Source: Bdellovibrionota bacterium (GTDB lineage Bacteria > Bdellovibrionota_C > UBA2361 > CALJRW01). From it: a DNA stretch of 64,000 nucleotides. Below are positions 30,663 to 41,798 of this stretch, piece by piece. A model generated the notes under the pieces. That model did not search any database. It had not been told where the DNA came from and saw nothing but the letters and a program-made list of their open reading frames with translations. Made by a program: the position numbers and the translations under genes. The stretch covers positions 140,487-204,486 of the forward strand of contig JBGSMD010000051.1 in the NCBI GenBank assembly GCA_041740355.1. Reading direction: 5' to 3'. Each line of letters begins with the position of its first letter. Position 1 is the stretch's first letter.

Positions 30663-31014
30663 GTTATTTATCCTTTTTTCTTCTTCTAAATAGTAAAACT
30701 CCTTTGGTATTGGGCCTGACGGGTAAGTTCGCTTCGCCTGCTAGACGTTTGTATGAAAAGGTCGACCTGCCTAAAGTTTATAGTTTTAGGCTACTAGAAA
30801 ATAAACAAAATTGGGCATCGCATTAGTTTGATAACTAATTAAAATACTTGGTCAAATAAACTGGGCTAGTTTAGCTTGCCGAAATAGAGCAGAAAGTTAC
30901 CAGAAAATATCCAAATTTGTATTAATGTTCATAACTATCAACACTGGCAGTTAAAATTTGCAATCTGACAGGGCTAATCTATACTCAGATTTTAGGTAAA
31001 CTAATGTAGTTAGT

Positions 31015-32001
31015 ATGACAAAAATGAATATCAAAGCCCTAATTGGAATCTTAATCAGCTTAGGACTGGTCGTCTGGTTAATATTTGCAGTAAATTGGCA
31101 GGAAGTCTTAGGACACCTTAGCAAAATTCACTACTGGCTACTTATCCCCTATACCTTTGTAATCCTTTTGCAGTTTGCACTTCGAGCTTACCGCTGGCAG
31201 TTTTTAGTTCCAGATAGGAACAGCATGGGTTTCAAACTCAGCCTGGACGGAATAATGATTGGAAACTTTATCAATTACATTCTTCCCCTGCGGGCAGGAG
31301 AGATTGCCCGCCCTTTCTTTTTAAGCCGCTTTAGCAAAAATTCTTTTCCAGCAAATTTTGCAGCACTTATAATTGAACGCTTCTTTGATTTAAGCATTGT
31401 GCTAGTTTTGTTTTACTATTCACTAAGTGGACTAAATCAAATTCCTGAATGGGTTACAAAAGGGGCTACCGTTCTTTTATTCTTAGCTTTAGGAATTTTA
31501 TTATTTATAATTACTGCCTGCTTCTCCCGTAATTATACCGAAAAAATAATTGTAATTATTTGTAAATACCTTCCAAGATTTGCCGTTAAGCCAATTGCAA
31601 ATTTACTTAATGGCATCTTAGAGGGCACTACAGTTATTAAATCTAAGAAAAATTTATTTATTGTAATAATGTTATCAGTTGCAGTTTGGCTTGTTACAAT
31701 TTGGGGTTATTACGCCTTACTCTTAATTTTTGAAATACCAGCAAGTTTTTCGGATGCCTTGGTAATTACTGTTGTGATTGCTCTAGCCGTTGCTGCTCCT
31801 AGTGCCCCGGGATTTATTGGAGTTTTACAAACAGGTTGTATTGTCGGCTTTGCTCTTGTTGGCCTTGATCAAGATTTAGCAATGGCCTACGCCTTGATTA
31901 CACATTTTCACATGTATTTAGTGATAATCATTTATGGTATGATTATTTTATACCAATATGGACTTAATATAACTGACTTAAGACAGAAAAACGATGATTG
32001 A
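31015..32001 (+). CDS. Lysylphosphatidylglycerol synthase TM / flippase-like protein (UPF0104)
   Basis: RAYRWQ, NYILPLRAGEIAR, ERFFD, PSAPGFIG. Confidence 0.88.
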   Translation: MTKMNIKALIGILISLGLVVWLIFAVNWQEVLGHLSKIHYWLLIPYTFVILLQFALRAYRWQFLVPDRNSMGFKLSLDGIMIGNFINYILPLRAGEIARPFFLSRFSKNSFPANFAALIIERFFDLSIVLVLFYYSLSGLNQIPEWVTKGATVLLFLALGILLFIITACFSRNYTEKIIVIICKYLPRFAVKPIANLLNGILEGTTVIKSKKNLFIVIMLSVAVWLVTIWGYYALLLIFEIPASFSDALVITVVIALAVAAPSAPGFIGVLQTGCIVGFALVGLDQDLAMAYALITHFHMYLVIIIYGMIILYQYGLNITDLRQKNDD

Positions 32002-33142
32002 CGCTTATATAATTGATGCCGTTCGGACTCCAAGAGCTAAACGTAAAGGCAAATTTTCGGGAATTCATCCTGTCGATCTGCTTACTTTACCGCTAAAAGA
32101 AATTGTTAGACGTAACAATATTAATCCAGAATTAATTGATGATGTAGCCATTGGTTGTGTAACACAAGTGCAAGAACAAGCTTGGTGTATTGCGCGTTCC
32201 GCAGTTTTGGCAGCTGGCTGGCCTATTACAATTCCGGGAGTTACGATTAATCGCCTTTGTGGTTCAGGACAACAAGCCTGTAATTTTCTGGCTGAAAATC
32301 TAAAAACTTCTAATTACAATTTGGCAATTGCTGGTGGAGTGGAGCACATGACCAGAGTTCCGATGTTTAGTGATTGTGGTGGCGAGCCTAGTCCGGCATT
32401 AAAAGCTAATCACCCGAACTTAACAGATCAAGGAGTATCAGCTGAAAAGTTAGCGGAACATTTTAAAATTAATCGTGATGATATTAATTCCTATGCTTTA
32501 CTCTCTCAACAAAGAGCTGAACTAGCCAAGCAAGAAAATCGTTTTGCGAAAAGCATCATGCCCGTTAATTATCTTGATAGTGATGGTAATCAACAAACAC
32601 TTAGTTTTGATGATAATCCTCGACCGGAAACAACATTAGAAACTTTGCAAAACTTAAAGGCTGCATTTGTGGCTGATGGCAAACTAACAGCTGGGAATTC
32701 CTCTGCTATTGTTGACGGAGCTGCTAGCTTACTTCTTGGAAATGAAAGTTCCATCAAAGAATTTAATTTAAAGCCCCGTGCCAGAATTGTTGCTTCAGCA
32801 GTAATTGGAAGTGATCCGATCATTATGCTCTCCGGTCCAATTGCCGCAAGTAAAGCTGTTTTGCGAAAAGCAGGTCTTAGTGTCTTGGATATAGATCTTT
32901 GGGAAATAAATGAAGCTTTTGCCCCAGTTGTAATTGCCACTTACAGAGAGTTAGGGATTGATCCAGCAATAGTCAACATCAATGGAGGTGCTATCGCCCT
33001 TGGTCATCCCCTTGGAGCTACTGGAGCAATCTTAATTGGCACAGCACTTGATGAGTTAGAAAGACAAAATAAAAAATTTGCCTTAGTTACTATGTGTATT
33101 GGACTAGGTATGGGAATTGCTACAATTATTGAACGTGTTTGA
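31994..33142 (+). CDS. Acetyl-CoA acyltransferase (thiolase)
   Basis: NRLCGSG, EINEAFA, GGAIALGHPLGATG, MCIGLGMG. Confidence 0.95.
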   Translation: MIDAYIIDAVRTPRAKRKGKFSGIHPVDLLTLPLKEIVRRNNINPELIDDVAIGCVTQVQEQAWCIARSAVLAAGWPITIPGVTINRLCGSGQQACNFLAENLKTSNYNLAIAGGVEHMTRVPMFSDCGGEPSPALKANHPNLTDQGVSAEKLAEHFKINRDDINSYALLSQQRAELAKQENRFAKSIMPVNYLDSDGNQQTLSFDDNPRPETTLETLQNLKAAFVADGKLTAGNSSAIVDGAASLLLGNESSIKEFNLKPRARIVASAVIGSDPIIMLSGPIAASKAVLRKAGLSVLDIDLWEINEAFAPVVIATYRELGIDPAIVNINGGAIALGHPLGATGAILIGTALDELERQNKKFALVTMCIGLGMGIATIIERV

Positions 33143-33981
33143 TGAAAATCGTTAACGGACTCTCAATAGATCTGGAAGAATATTACCATGCTGAGAATAT
33201 TAAAAATTATTTTCCCGCAAATTCTCCTTCACGAGTTGAAGAGTCTACAATTAAAATTTTAAACTTTCTGGAATCAAAAAATATTCAAGCGACTTTTTTT
33301 GTTTTAGGACAAGTAGCAGCTGCTCATCCTGAACTAATTAAAATTATTGCTACCAGTAAGCATGAGATTGCCTCGCATGGCTTTAACCACCAATTAGTCT
33401 ACACACAATCACCAGAAGAATTCCGAGAAGATATTATTAGGAGTAAAAAATTATTAGAGGACATAACAGGACAGGCAGTTTTGGGATATCGTGCTCCAAA
33501 TTTTTCAATTACCGAGCCAGTATCTTGGGCTTTTGATTTAATAGCTCAGGCTGGTTACAAATATGATTCTAGTGTCTATCCAATCTATCATCCACGCTAT
33601 TCCAATCTGCGTAAACCGAGATTCCCATATATTCATTTAAATAATGGATTATTAGAAATACCACTGGCAACAACACAATTATCACTGGGACAAAAGAATT
33701 TTAATTTACCAATAGCTGGGGGAGCCTACTGGCGGCTTCTCCCACTTTGTTATTCTAAATGGGGACTAGCACGACTTAATCAACTAGAACAAAAAACTGC
33801 TTTTACTTATTTTCATCCCTGGGAGTTAGATCCCAAACAACCAAAAGCATTAGGGTTAAAACTTAGTACTAAGATTAGACATTATGCTGGCCAAGCTTCC
33901 TTCTTAAAAAAACTAGATCGCTTAACCACAAAATTTCAATTTACCACCTACGCCAAGCTAATCTCTGAACTTAAATTGTAA
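33139..33981 (+). CDS. Polysaccharide deacetylase (CE4, PEP-CTERM-locus type)
   Basis: SIDLEEYYH, ATFFVLG, HEIASHG, GYRAPNFS, YDSS, YFHPWELD. Confidence 0.9.
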   Translation: MMKIVNGLSIDLEEYYHAENIKNYFPANSPSRVEESTIKILNFLESKNIQATFFVLGQVAAAHPELIKIIATSKHEIASHGFNHQLVYTQSPEEFREDIIRSKKLLEDITGQAVLGYRAPNFSITEPVSWAFDLIAQAGYKYDSSVYPIYHPRYSNLRKPRFPYIHLNNGLLEIPLATTQLSLGQKNFNLPIAGGAYWRLLPLCYSKWGLARLNQLEQKTAFTYFHPWELDPKQPKALGLKLSTKIRHYAGQASFLKKLDRLTTKFQFTTYAKLISELKL

Positions 33982-33989
33982 TCTATTAG

Positions 33990-35723
33990 CTAATCAGTAA
34001 TTCGGAATAGCCCGGAGCCTTTTGCCTCAAATCCTCGATTCAACAATGCTTGTTCCTCCCAATATTTCATCCCTGTAGGTTGATAAATAAATTCAGGACA
34101 AATAGTTGACTGACAATCATTTATTAATAAATTTTTTTGTACGGTCTCACGCTCCTGATATTTAATGCCATGTGTCCAAAGTGTTCCAAGAAATCCTAGA
34201 TATAACTTTCTTCCTGTTAGCGTGATTGTGGAATTATGGAGTGGCTCTGCCGCAACTATTGCTTCTCGCGGAAGTAAGTCACGTAGTCTTTTACTCTCAA
34301 TTAGCTGGGATGCAGTATAAACTTCATGATGTCCTTGATTAATAACAAGATAACCGACTCTGACAATACCAGGTATCAGCAAAATGATTAATAAATAATT
34401 TAATTTACTTTTCTGTGAGATGAAACTGTGCCAGCAGAGTAAAATTACCAAGTAGATCGGAAGAAATATTTTTATTTGATCATAAGACCAATATGATAAT
34501 TTTACAAAGTTACCAAATAAAAATAAACCTAGAATAAATATTGGTATTATTTTTGATTTCATCTTCCATGCTAAAACTAGAAAGATTAAAATGATATTCC
34601 AAGTATTTAATAACCAGAACAGAAGTTGTTGCATTAACCAAGAACGAGTGATCGGGCTCCCTACTGCAGTCATCTCCCAACCCCAAGTAAAATTAACTGC
34701 CGAGTTTTTATCACTCAGATAGATCAGTGCCCATAAAGAAGATACGATAATCAGCATCGCCTGATAATTCTGCTTTAAAAAATTAAGGCGCTGACTGCTC
34801 CTCCAAAACATTAATAAAATTAAAAAACAACAAAAGCTGAAGCTAATAATCCAAGAATGGGTATGAACTAAAGGCATTAGCGCTATTAATAAAGCTCCAA
34901 AAAACCATAAATGTGGATGAGCAACAGGCTTTTGATAAATCCGCAACCAAGTCGAAAGACCAGCAAATAAACAAACTGCGCCAAATAATGCCGATCGCTG
35001 TGGAATCCAGATGGTCTCTAAGAATCCAGTCCATGGATAGCCCTGATCTATTAGGACACTAGCTGGCTCCGTAAATTTGAAATAAAGACCTCCTCCTAAG
35101 AGGACTAGCCAAGGAAAAAACTTGTTTCGATCTCCTCGCAAAAAACGATAGAGCAAAGTCGTAAGAAAGCACCATTGATATACAAAGATAAATTCCAAGG
35201 CACGCCATTCTGGACTTATCCACCAAAAAGAGGCTGTCCAAAAGTTGATCAAAAAAGGATAGGTAAGTTTTTGTTCTGGATATAGATGATATTGTGGTGG
35301 AAAATTATCTCCAAAAACAAAGGAGGTAATCATCCCCAGATGATAGGCAAGATCTCCGAAGTTACTAATCCAATAAGTCCGTATTCCATGATCTAAATCA
35401 AATAGAGAAATACCAATAATTAAATTGAAAAGTGCAAAATAGAGGAATCCATTACTTAATTTAATTTTTATAAAAAAGTATTTTTTATATTTTAAAAATA
35501 AAAAAATGCTGGGCAGTCCCCAGATTACTAGACATGACCAAGCCCAAGTTGCCCCACAATTCTTAATACCTAAAAGTAAATAATTACTTACTATTAATCC
35601 TAACAATACTAAATATCTGGCTGGCAGATGGCGTCTGATTGGAGTTGAACAAAAGGATAAGATTGAGGCTCCTAATGCATAACAATAAAAGGGGTAAGCA
35701 ATTAGGAGGAGAAAAAGATACAT
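33990..35723 (-). CDS. Polytopic membrane protein, possibly a GT-C-fold glycosyltransferase
   Basis: More than 10 TM segments; NFGDLAYH...YPFLINF periplasmic loop; GTLWTHG near the C-terminus. Confidence 0.6.
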   Translation of the reverse strand: MYLFLLLIAYPFYCYALGASILSFCSTPIRRHLPARYLVLLGLIVSNYLLLGIKNCGATWAWSCLVIWGLPSIFLFLKYKKYFFIKIKLSNGFLYFALFNLIIGISLFDLDHGIRTYWISNFGDLAYHLGMITSFVFGDNFPPQYHLYPEQKLTYPFLINFWTASFWWISPEWRALEFIFVYQWCFLTTLLYRFLRGDRNKFFPWLVLLGGGLYFKFTEPASVLIDQGYPWTGFLETIWIPQRSALFGAVCLFAGLSTWLRIYQKPVAHPHLWFFGALLIALMPLVHTHSWIISFSFCCFLILLMFWRSSQRLNFLKQNYQAMLIIVSSLWALIYLSDKNSAVNFTWGWEMTAVGSPITRSWLMQQLLFWLLNTWNIILIFLVLAWKMKSKIIPIFILGLFLFGNFVKLSYWSYDQIKIFLPIYLVILLCWHSFISQKSKLNYLLIILLIPGIVRVGYLVINQGHHEVYTASQLIESKRLRDLLPREAIVAAEPLHNSTITLTGRKLYLGFLGTLWTHGIKYQERETVQKNLLINDCQSTICPEFIYQPTGMKYWEEQALLNRGFEAKGSGLFRITD

Positions 35724-36156
35724 TTTATAGGAATTAATTTAATTAAACTTAATTTAGGAGATCAGCAATAAGCTGTTATAAACTTGGGTTCGACAAAAGA
35801 TTCGTCACAAGATAAGCAAAATTTTATTTTAAACCATTGTAATTTGACTAGAAAAAACAAAAAATTGTAGCACAGCTGTAGCAGTGTTACAGCGAGTATC
35901 GATTATTTTGCTTATTTCAGGCAAATTCAATCAATTTGCTTATCGTAGTAGAATCCTTAGGGCGAATTCAGGTTATTAAGATAACTTTAATATTTTTTCT
36001 AATCTTCGGCCATCTCTAAACTGATCAACTACTTATTTCTTGGTAGCAGTAAATTTATAGTAAAACCAAGAATTACTTTCCAAAAACATTTTCGGAGATT
36101 CTGTTGAACAACAACATGTCTTGTAAGGATTCAACCTAAATATTAGTCTGTCGAAA

Positions 36157-37236
36157 TCAATTTATTTCAGAAGCTGGGACATCCTTTCCATTAAGAATCC
36201 TTCTAACTACACAAGTCGTTTCGAAGACCTTTCCAGTTTTATTATTTATTAAACCACTCATCCCTTGAAAAGTCTTGATTGCTTGAAGTTGTTTTTTTAA
36301 ATCAGCGACTGCAGGCTTTTGTTTAAAATTATCATAGGCACTAGCGACAATCTTCATTTGATCAAATGCCAACTGAGCACGATTGTAAACTGGCATTCCA
36401 TACTCCTTCTCAAATCGACTTTCAAAATCGGCATTCAAGCTTAGTTGATTGACATAATACATACCTTCAAAAAGTGAATAATCAATATTTGGAAATCCAA
36501 GATAGCCAGTTACCTTTTGTTCCGGGTTCAAAGATTTGATCTTTTTTGTAATTAACTCCAGGCTTTTTGAGACATCGTTAATTAAAATAACTTCTGGTTG
36601 ATCTTTTAAAACTTTTAATGCCAAAAGATTAAAATCCGTCTCATCAGGTAAATATCTTTGAGTACTTAAGACAGTTAATCCATAATCTTTGGCATTTTTT
36701 TTGAACTCTTCTTCACTTAGATTCCAACCATTTGATTCTTGTCCAAGAATACTGAAATTTTTATAGCCTAATTTTTGTAATAAACTTAAAAATAATTGTG
36801 TGTAAGTTTTGTATGTTGATTCGAATGTAAAAGTATTTCTAAATTTCTCAGCAATGTCGCTATTCCAACGTATTGAGACATGAAGTAGATTATGTTGTTC
36901 TGCTAAAGGGGCAATAACATCGGCTGTTTCCCAAAGCCCTACTAATACATCTACTTTATCAACATTAATTAGTTTTTGAGCAGAAGCTACCGCTTGTTTG
37001 GAAAGATATTGTGAATCTTCAAAAATTGCCTCGTGCTTAATTTGGTTAGTACTTAAATCTTCTAAAGCCAACTCATACCCACGTCTTAAATCAATCCCCG
37101 CTTCGGCAACTGGTCCTGAAAGTGGTAAAATAATACCCCATTTTACTGTAAATAAATGATTTTCTTCAGCTTGGATGAAATTAACAAAATTAAAAGTGAA
37201 TACTGTAATAAAAATAATAAGACGGAAATGGAACAT
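36157..37236 (-). CDS. ABC-type branched-chain amino-acid-like periplasmic binding protein (orphan)
   Basis: GIILPLSGPVA, FEDSQY...AQKLINVDKVD, FQGMSG. Confidence 0.85.
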   Translation of the reverse strand: MFHFRLIIFITVFTFNFVNFIQAEENHLFTVKWGIILPLSGPVAEAGIDLRRGYELALEDLSTNQIKHEAIFEDSQYLSKQAVASAQKLINVDKVDVLVGLWETADVIAPLAEQHNLLHVSIRWNSDIAEKFRNTFTFESTYKTYTQLFLSLLQKLGYKNFSILGQESNGWNLSEEEFKKNAKDYGLTVLSTQRYLPDETDFNLLALKVLKDQPEVILINDVSKSLELITKKIKSLNPEQKVTGYLGFPNIDYSLFEGMYYVNQLSLNADFESRFEKEYGMPVYNRAQLAFDQMKIVASAYDNFKQKPAVADLKKQLQAIKTFQGMSGLINNKTGKVFETTCVVRRILNGKDVPASEIN

Positions 37237-37398
37237 TGCTTAAATATTAATTTGAAAACACAGACTGAACTATAAGGTATAGCTTATATTATTACCAATT
37301 AAATCTTTTGTTTGCTAATTATTATAATTCAAATATTGGTGGTTGTTTGTAGTCAGATACTTTGTGATGATAAGATTAACTTCAAAATTCAAGATTTA

Positions 37399-38865
37399 AT
37401 GTTAAAAACTATTTGCTCCAATCTGCTCAGCTTGCTAATTTCCTTGGAACTAGCTGGAAATTTTTGCCAGGCAGAGGTTAAATCCATAATTCAGCCAATC
37501 ATCGATCAACACCCAAATCAAACTGGGACTTATCTTCTAGAGAAAGGCCAAGATGCCTTAGTCGCTAGAGCCTGGCTGGCCGCTAATGCTAGGGAGTCAA
37601 TTAATGTGCAGTATTTTATTTGGAGTGTTGATCCTGTTGGAATACTGGCGATAGAAGCTTTGCTATCAGCAGCGGAAAGAGGTGTAAAAGTTAAGGTCAT
37701 AGTTGATGATTTTCTATTACAAGCAGATTCTAAAAGCTTATCGGCATTAGATGCTCACGAGAATATTGAGATCAAAGTTTATAATCCTGTCGTTCGCACT
37801 GGAGTGACGACTATAAAAAAATACTACAATCTAATTAATAACTTCAAAAAATTTAATCAGCGAATGCATGATAAAACTTTTACTGTCGATCGAGTAGCTG
37901 GGATTACAGGTGGGAGAAACATGGCTGATGAATATTTCGATTATGATAATCAATATACTTTTCGCGACCGCGATGTATTAGTTATTGGAGATGTTGTTAA
38001 TAAAATGGAACAAAGCTTTGAGCTGTATTGGAACTCAGAACTAGCAGTTGCTCTGAAGCTGCTGTATCCAATTGAACCTACAAAAAAAGAAAGCTTGAAA
38101 ATCCAGAAAGATTTGCATGATTTTGCTAGCAACCCCGAGAATTATCCATCAAATATTAAAGAATCAATTAATAACTTGCAGCAGCATTTTGAAAAAATAA
38201 TTGATGATTTTGATTTTGCCAAGGTAGAATGGTTATTTGATCTACCTGGAAAGAATCTAAACACAGATCTCAGCGGCCTCGGACATAGCACAAAAAAAAT
38301 AATGGAGGTATTAGAGTCAGCAAAGCAAACAATCTTAATTCAATCTCCATACCTAGTCTTAGATCAAGCGGCACTTACCTTTTTCCACAAGCTCGCCAAG
38401 CGTGGAATAAAAATTAGAATTATTACGAACTCTTTAGAGTCAACAGATAACTTAGCAGCCTTTTCTGGCTACCATAAAATAAGGAAACAGCTTCTAGCCT
38501 GGGGTATCCAACTGTATGAATTCAAAGCCTACCCACAGATAGAAGAAACACTAATGCAGCGATACAAAGATTTAGCCAAAAAACCAATTTTTGCCATTCA
38601 TGCTAAAAGCTTTGTTGTTGACCAGCAAATTGCCTATATCGGAACGTTTAATCTGGATCCTCGTTCTATTAATTTAAATACTGAAGTTGGAGTATTAATT
38701 AAAAATCAACTTATTGCCGATAAGTTAAAGTCTGCAATTGAAGAGGATTTAAAGCCAGAGAATAGCTACAATCTTAGTTTTGAGAATCCTGAAAAAGATG
38801 TCTCGTTCGCTAAGAGGTTAAAACTTTGGTTCTATAAGTTATTACCAATTCAAAAGCTGTTATAA
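37399..38865 (+). CDS. Phospholipase D family / cardiolipin synthase ClsC-like (start re-assigned)
   Basis: Two HKD motifs RMHDKTFTVD and IHAKSFVVD; GGRNMADEYF; FNLDPRS. Confidence 0.9.
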   Translation: MLKTICSNLLSLLISLELAGNFCQAEVKSIIQPIIDQHPNQTGTYLLEKGQDALVARAWLAANARESINVQYFIWSVDPVGILAIEALLSAAERGVKVKVIVDDFLLQADSKSLSALDAHENIEIKVYNPVVRTGVTTIKKYYNLINNFKKFNQRMHDKTFTVDRVAGITGGRNMADEYFDYDNQYTFRDRDVLVIGDVVNKMEQSFELYWNSELAVALKLLYPIEPTKKESLKIQKDLHDFASNPENYPSNIKESINNLQQHFEKIIDDFDFAKVEWLFDLPGKNLNTDLSGLGHSTKKIMEVLESAKQTILIQSPYLVLDQAALTFFHKLAKRGIKIRIITNSLESTDNLAAFSGYHKIRKQLLAWGIQLYEFKAYPQIEETLMQRYKDLAKKPIFAIHAKSFVVDQQIAYIGTFNLDPRSINLNTEVGVLIKNQLIADKLKSAIEEDLKPENSYNLSFENPEKDVSFAKRLKLWFYKLLPIQKLL

Positions 38866-38900
38866 AGATTAACGAAAATCCCTATTTTTTTATCTTTTTC

Positions 38901-40445
38901 ATGAAAAATATCATCCTAAGAAATACTATGAAGATAATAAGCTCTATCTTACTCCTATTTATACTCTTAGCATTTACCTTAAATAACATATCAGCTGAAA
39001 ACCGCAGTCAATATATTCGTTCTAATAATTATTCACCGCCATATTTCTTCACCCCATCTTCCAGCGAAAGAGAATTTCCTATAAAATTTAGAACTCAAAT
39101 AGTCATGCCCGGTCTTGGCAATCTAAAAATTAATTTAACTCATGTTCGGAGCATCGAATCTATTACTCTAAATTCTAAAGGCCAATTTGCGACCCAAGCA
39201 GTAGTCGCATTATATCGAGGGATTATTACTAGCAAAGCAGGTTCATTTCCAGTCGCCGCTGAAGCGGGATTAAAAAAATCTGAAAAATATCTAAATCTTA
39301 ATTTTGTACCGCTAGAAAACCCGGAACGTTTTATACAAATCCAACTAAACCTTGATCGGCAACAGGCATTCTGGAATCGAAAGCGAAATCTGCAAAAATT
39401 TAATTGTGGTACAACTGAGCATCCACAAACTAGGAAACTCGAACTTGCGAAATCTACCCCCCGAGATACTTCAGCAAGCAATCAAATAATTGATTTGAGC
39501 TTAGATGCCGACAGCGCTTGGCAAACAATATTTGGTTCAAATGCCAACAATAAAATGCTTTCCTTAATTAATGCCACTGAGGTAATTTATGCTCGCGAGT
39601 TAGGTCTAGTATTTAATATAAAAAGAGCTAATGTTTATTCAGATCTAAGCTTCGGCTCCAGTAATCCTAGCTCGAAGCTTGATGCCTTTATTAATTTCAC
39701 CCAAAATCAAACTTACTTTAAAAAATCTGATATTTATTATTTATTTACTGGCGAATCTTTACTTGGTGGAGCAGTTGGTTTTGGAAGTGTTGGTACAGTC
39801 TGTGCTTCGTATTACACACCAGCGGCACTTTCCATGTATAATAATGATCAAATCACCCCCTTAGTGATTGCCCATGAGATCGGACATGTCATGGGAGCCT
39901 CACATGACTTTGAAGATAACTGTGGAAATGAAAAAGCTATAATGAATCCTGTTCTTTCTCCCCCATATCCGTCAACCTTTTCTAGCTGTAGTAAAACCTC
40001 ATTTGCCAATCAGCTGGAACGATATGGTAATTGCTTTGATCAGATCAAAGCGCCTGAAATACCCCAAGTTGTCAGTATTACTGGATCACTGGCTAAAACA
40101 GGCCGATTTAAAATGAATATTAATCTAAACGAAGAGTTAACCGACTGTATGGTCGATATTAAAGCATCTAAATCTAAAGCAAAATTGAAATCAGCGAATA
40201 GCATAGCTAGCTTTCCTATTAGTATCGGTAGTTTATTAATTGAAAAGAAACTAGTTGTATCAACAAATGATTTGACTGCTAAAGGCCAAGCAGTTCCTAT
40301 TTATCTACAAGCAGATTTAACTTGTCAGGATAAGTCAGCCACAACAAATATTATTAAATTTTTTCCAACCAAGGTAATTAGCTCAAAGAAAGTTAGTATT
40401 AAAAAATGGATCAAATTACTTAGCCAGAAACTGAATTCTTTTTAA
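38901..40445 (+). CDS. Secreted M12B/reprolysin-like zinc metalloprotease
   Basis: HEIGHVMGASHD metzincin motif, Met-turn IMNP, FSSCS. Confidence 0.85.
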   Translation: MKNIILRNTMKIISSILLLFILLAFTLNNISAENRSQYIRSNNYSPPYFFTPSSSEREFPIKFRTQIVMPGLGNLKINLTHVRSIESITLNSKGQFATQAVVALYRGIITSKAGSFPVAAEAGLKKSEKYLNLNFVPLENPERFIQIQLNLDRQQAFWNRKRNLQKFNCGTTEHPQTRKLELAKSTPRDTSASNQIIDLSLDADSAWQTIFGSNANNKMLSLINATEVIYARELGLVFNIKRANVYSDLSFGSSNPSSKLDAFINFTQNQTYFKKSDIYYLFTGESLLGGAVGFGSVGTVCASYYTPAALSMYNNDQITPLVIAHEIGHVMGASHDFEDNCGNEKAIMNPVLSPPYPSTFSSCSKTSFANQLERYGNCFDQIKAPEIPQVVSITGSLAKTGRFKMNINLNEELTDCMVDIKASKSKAKLKSANSIASFPISIGSLLIEKKLVVSTNDLTAKGQAVPIYLQADLTCQDKSATTNIIKFFPTKVISSKKVSIKKWIKLLSQKLNSF

Positions 40446-40452
40446 CCTGAGT

Positions 40453-41337
40453 TTAGCTAAATCTGAAATGAAATCTTGGACTATCAATCGCGGCTGGTAA
40501 GCGTCGCTCACCCCAATGACTTGCTAGCTCTTTTATCAAGCCTTTAATCGTTGTCGCTTCCGAGGGAATAAATCCAGTGTTTAGTGGATCGCCCAAGGCA
40601 GACGCTCGTACCGAAATTTCTCGTGGCAACTCTCCGGGAAGCAAGGTATTGATACCATTTTCAAGATCAATTAACTGATTTTCTCTAGAGACCACAACAC
40701 GTTCATGTGCCAGATAAATTGCTGGCAATTTTAGCTGCTGATTTTCTAGATAAGCCAAAACTTCCGCTTCCGACCAATTGACAATGGGATACATTCGGTG
40801 ATGATGTTCGTGGACAAATCTTGTTTGGTAAGGTTGCCACCTCTCTGGAAGAGGATCCCAAATTTTTAAAGTTTCGGCATCCTCATGAACTGAAATTAAT
40901 TGTTGGTGGCGGTCTTGCCTACGGGCAGCCGTGTAAATGCCATCAAACCCAAGTTCTTGAATTGCGGCATTTAGCATTTCTCGTTGTAAACTTAATCGTT
41001 GCTGATCATTTGTATCGCTTTTTTGAGAATCAGCTAAGTTAATTTTCAAGCAAGGCAGCGAATAGCGCGTGGCGGACTCTTTCCATAATTTCTCAATTTC
41101 TGGGAAACTGTAACCCGAGTCTAAATAGATTAAGGTCACTTCTTTTTCTTTCCGTGGAAAAGCCTTAGCTACTAAATGAGCCATGACAAGTGAATCTCGA
41201 CCACCATTAAATATTAAGCCCAGTCGGTCCTGTGTTTGGGCCGCTTCTTTAATTAAGAAAATTGCTTCGTTCTCTAAAAGAGGAACAACTGATTTGATAT
41301 AGTTTGACAGATTAAAATCTGAAAGATTCTGGTTCAT
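40453..41337 (-). CDS. CysD/PAPS-reductase-family protein with degenerate catalytic motifs
   Basis: LENEAIFLIKE, FNGGRDSLVMAHL, DSGYSFPE, PIVNWSE, LPAIYLAHER; no adjacent cysN. Confidence 0.75.
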   Translation of the reverse strand: MNQNLSDFNLSNYIKSVVPLLENEAIFLIKEAAQTQDRLGLIFNGGRDSLVMAHLVAKAFPRKEKEVTLIYLDSGYSFPEIEKLWKESATRYSLPCLKINLADSQKSDTNDQQRLSLQREMLNAAIQELGFDGIYTAARRQDRHQQLISVHEDAETLKIWDPLPERWQPYQTRFVHEHHHRMYPIVNWSEAEVLAYLENQQLKLPAIYLAHERVVVSRENQLIDLENGINTLLPGELPREISVRASALGDPLNTGFIPSEATTIKGLIKELASHWGERRLPAAIDSPRFHFRFS

Positions 41338-41551
41338 GAAAAAAACCTTGGGTACGACAATGATTTAAGAATTCGGGAATTTTCGTATCTTTAGATACAA
41401 TGTGGCCTGCCTAGAATTAGGCTCGACAAGGAATAAGACAGAGATATGTTGCGGGGTACGGACTCATAATATACTTATAACATAATTTACATAGGTATGA
41501 CTATAGCATTTCAAAATATATTCAAATTTTTTTAAATATATTTTAAGTCTT

Positions 41552-41724
41552 TATATAGTGATGACAAAAAATAAATTACGTAAAAATTTAATAGATCAAT
41601 TTGTTTTTTTGTCATAACTATATGATTTTATTATCCCTCCGGGGGATAGAAAGCCCATTAAGAATTTTCCTGGCCGCTTAGAAAAACTTCGCGGGCGTTA
41701 TTAGCTTTTTGGGCATTATTATAT
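41552..41724. repeat. Family A composite repeat, inverted orientation
   Basis: atatagtgatgacaaaaaa...ttttttgtcataactatatgattttattatccctccgggggatag; core at 41632-41649. Confidence 0.85.
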
Positions 41725-41798
41725 TTAACCTATGCCACCCCCTAGGGTCACTTGATGTGCTCGCACTTGATCAAATATCAAGTCGCTTAAAAATTCCT

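Noticed and set aside
41590-41609. Fifth copy of the Rrf2-type operator (aatagatcaatttgtttttt)
   Set aside because: Right arm does not match and it lies inside a family A repeat
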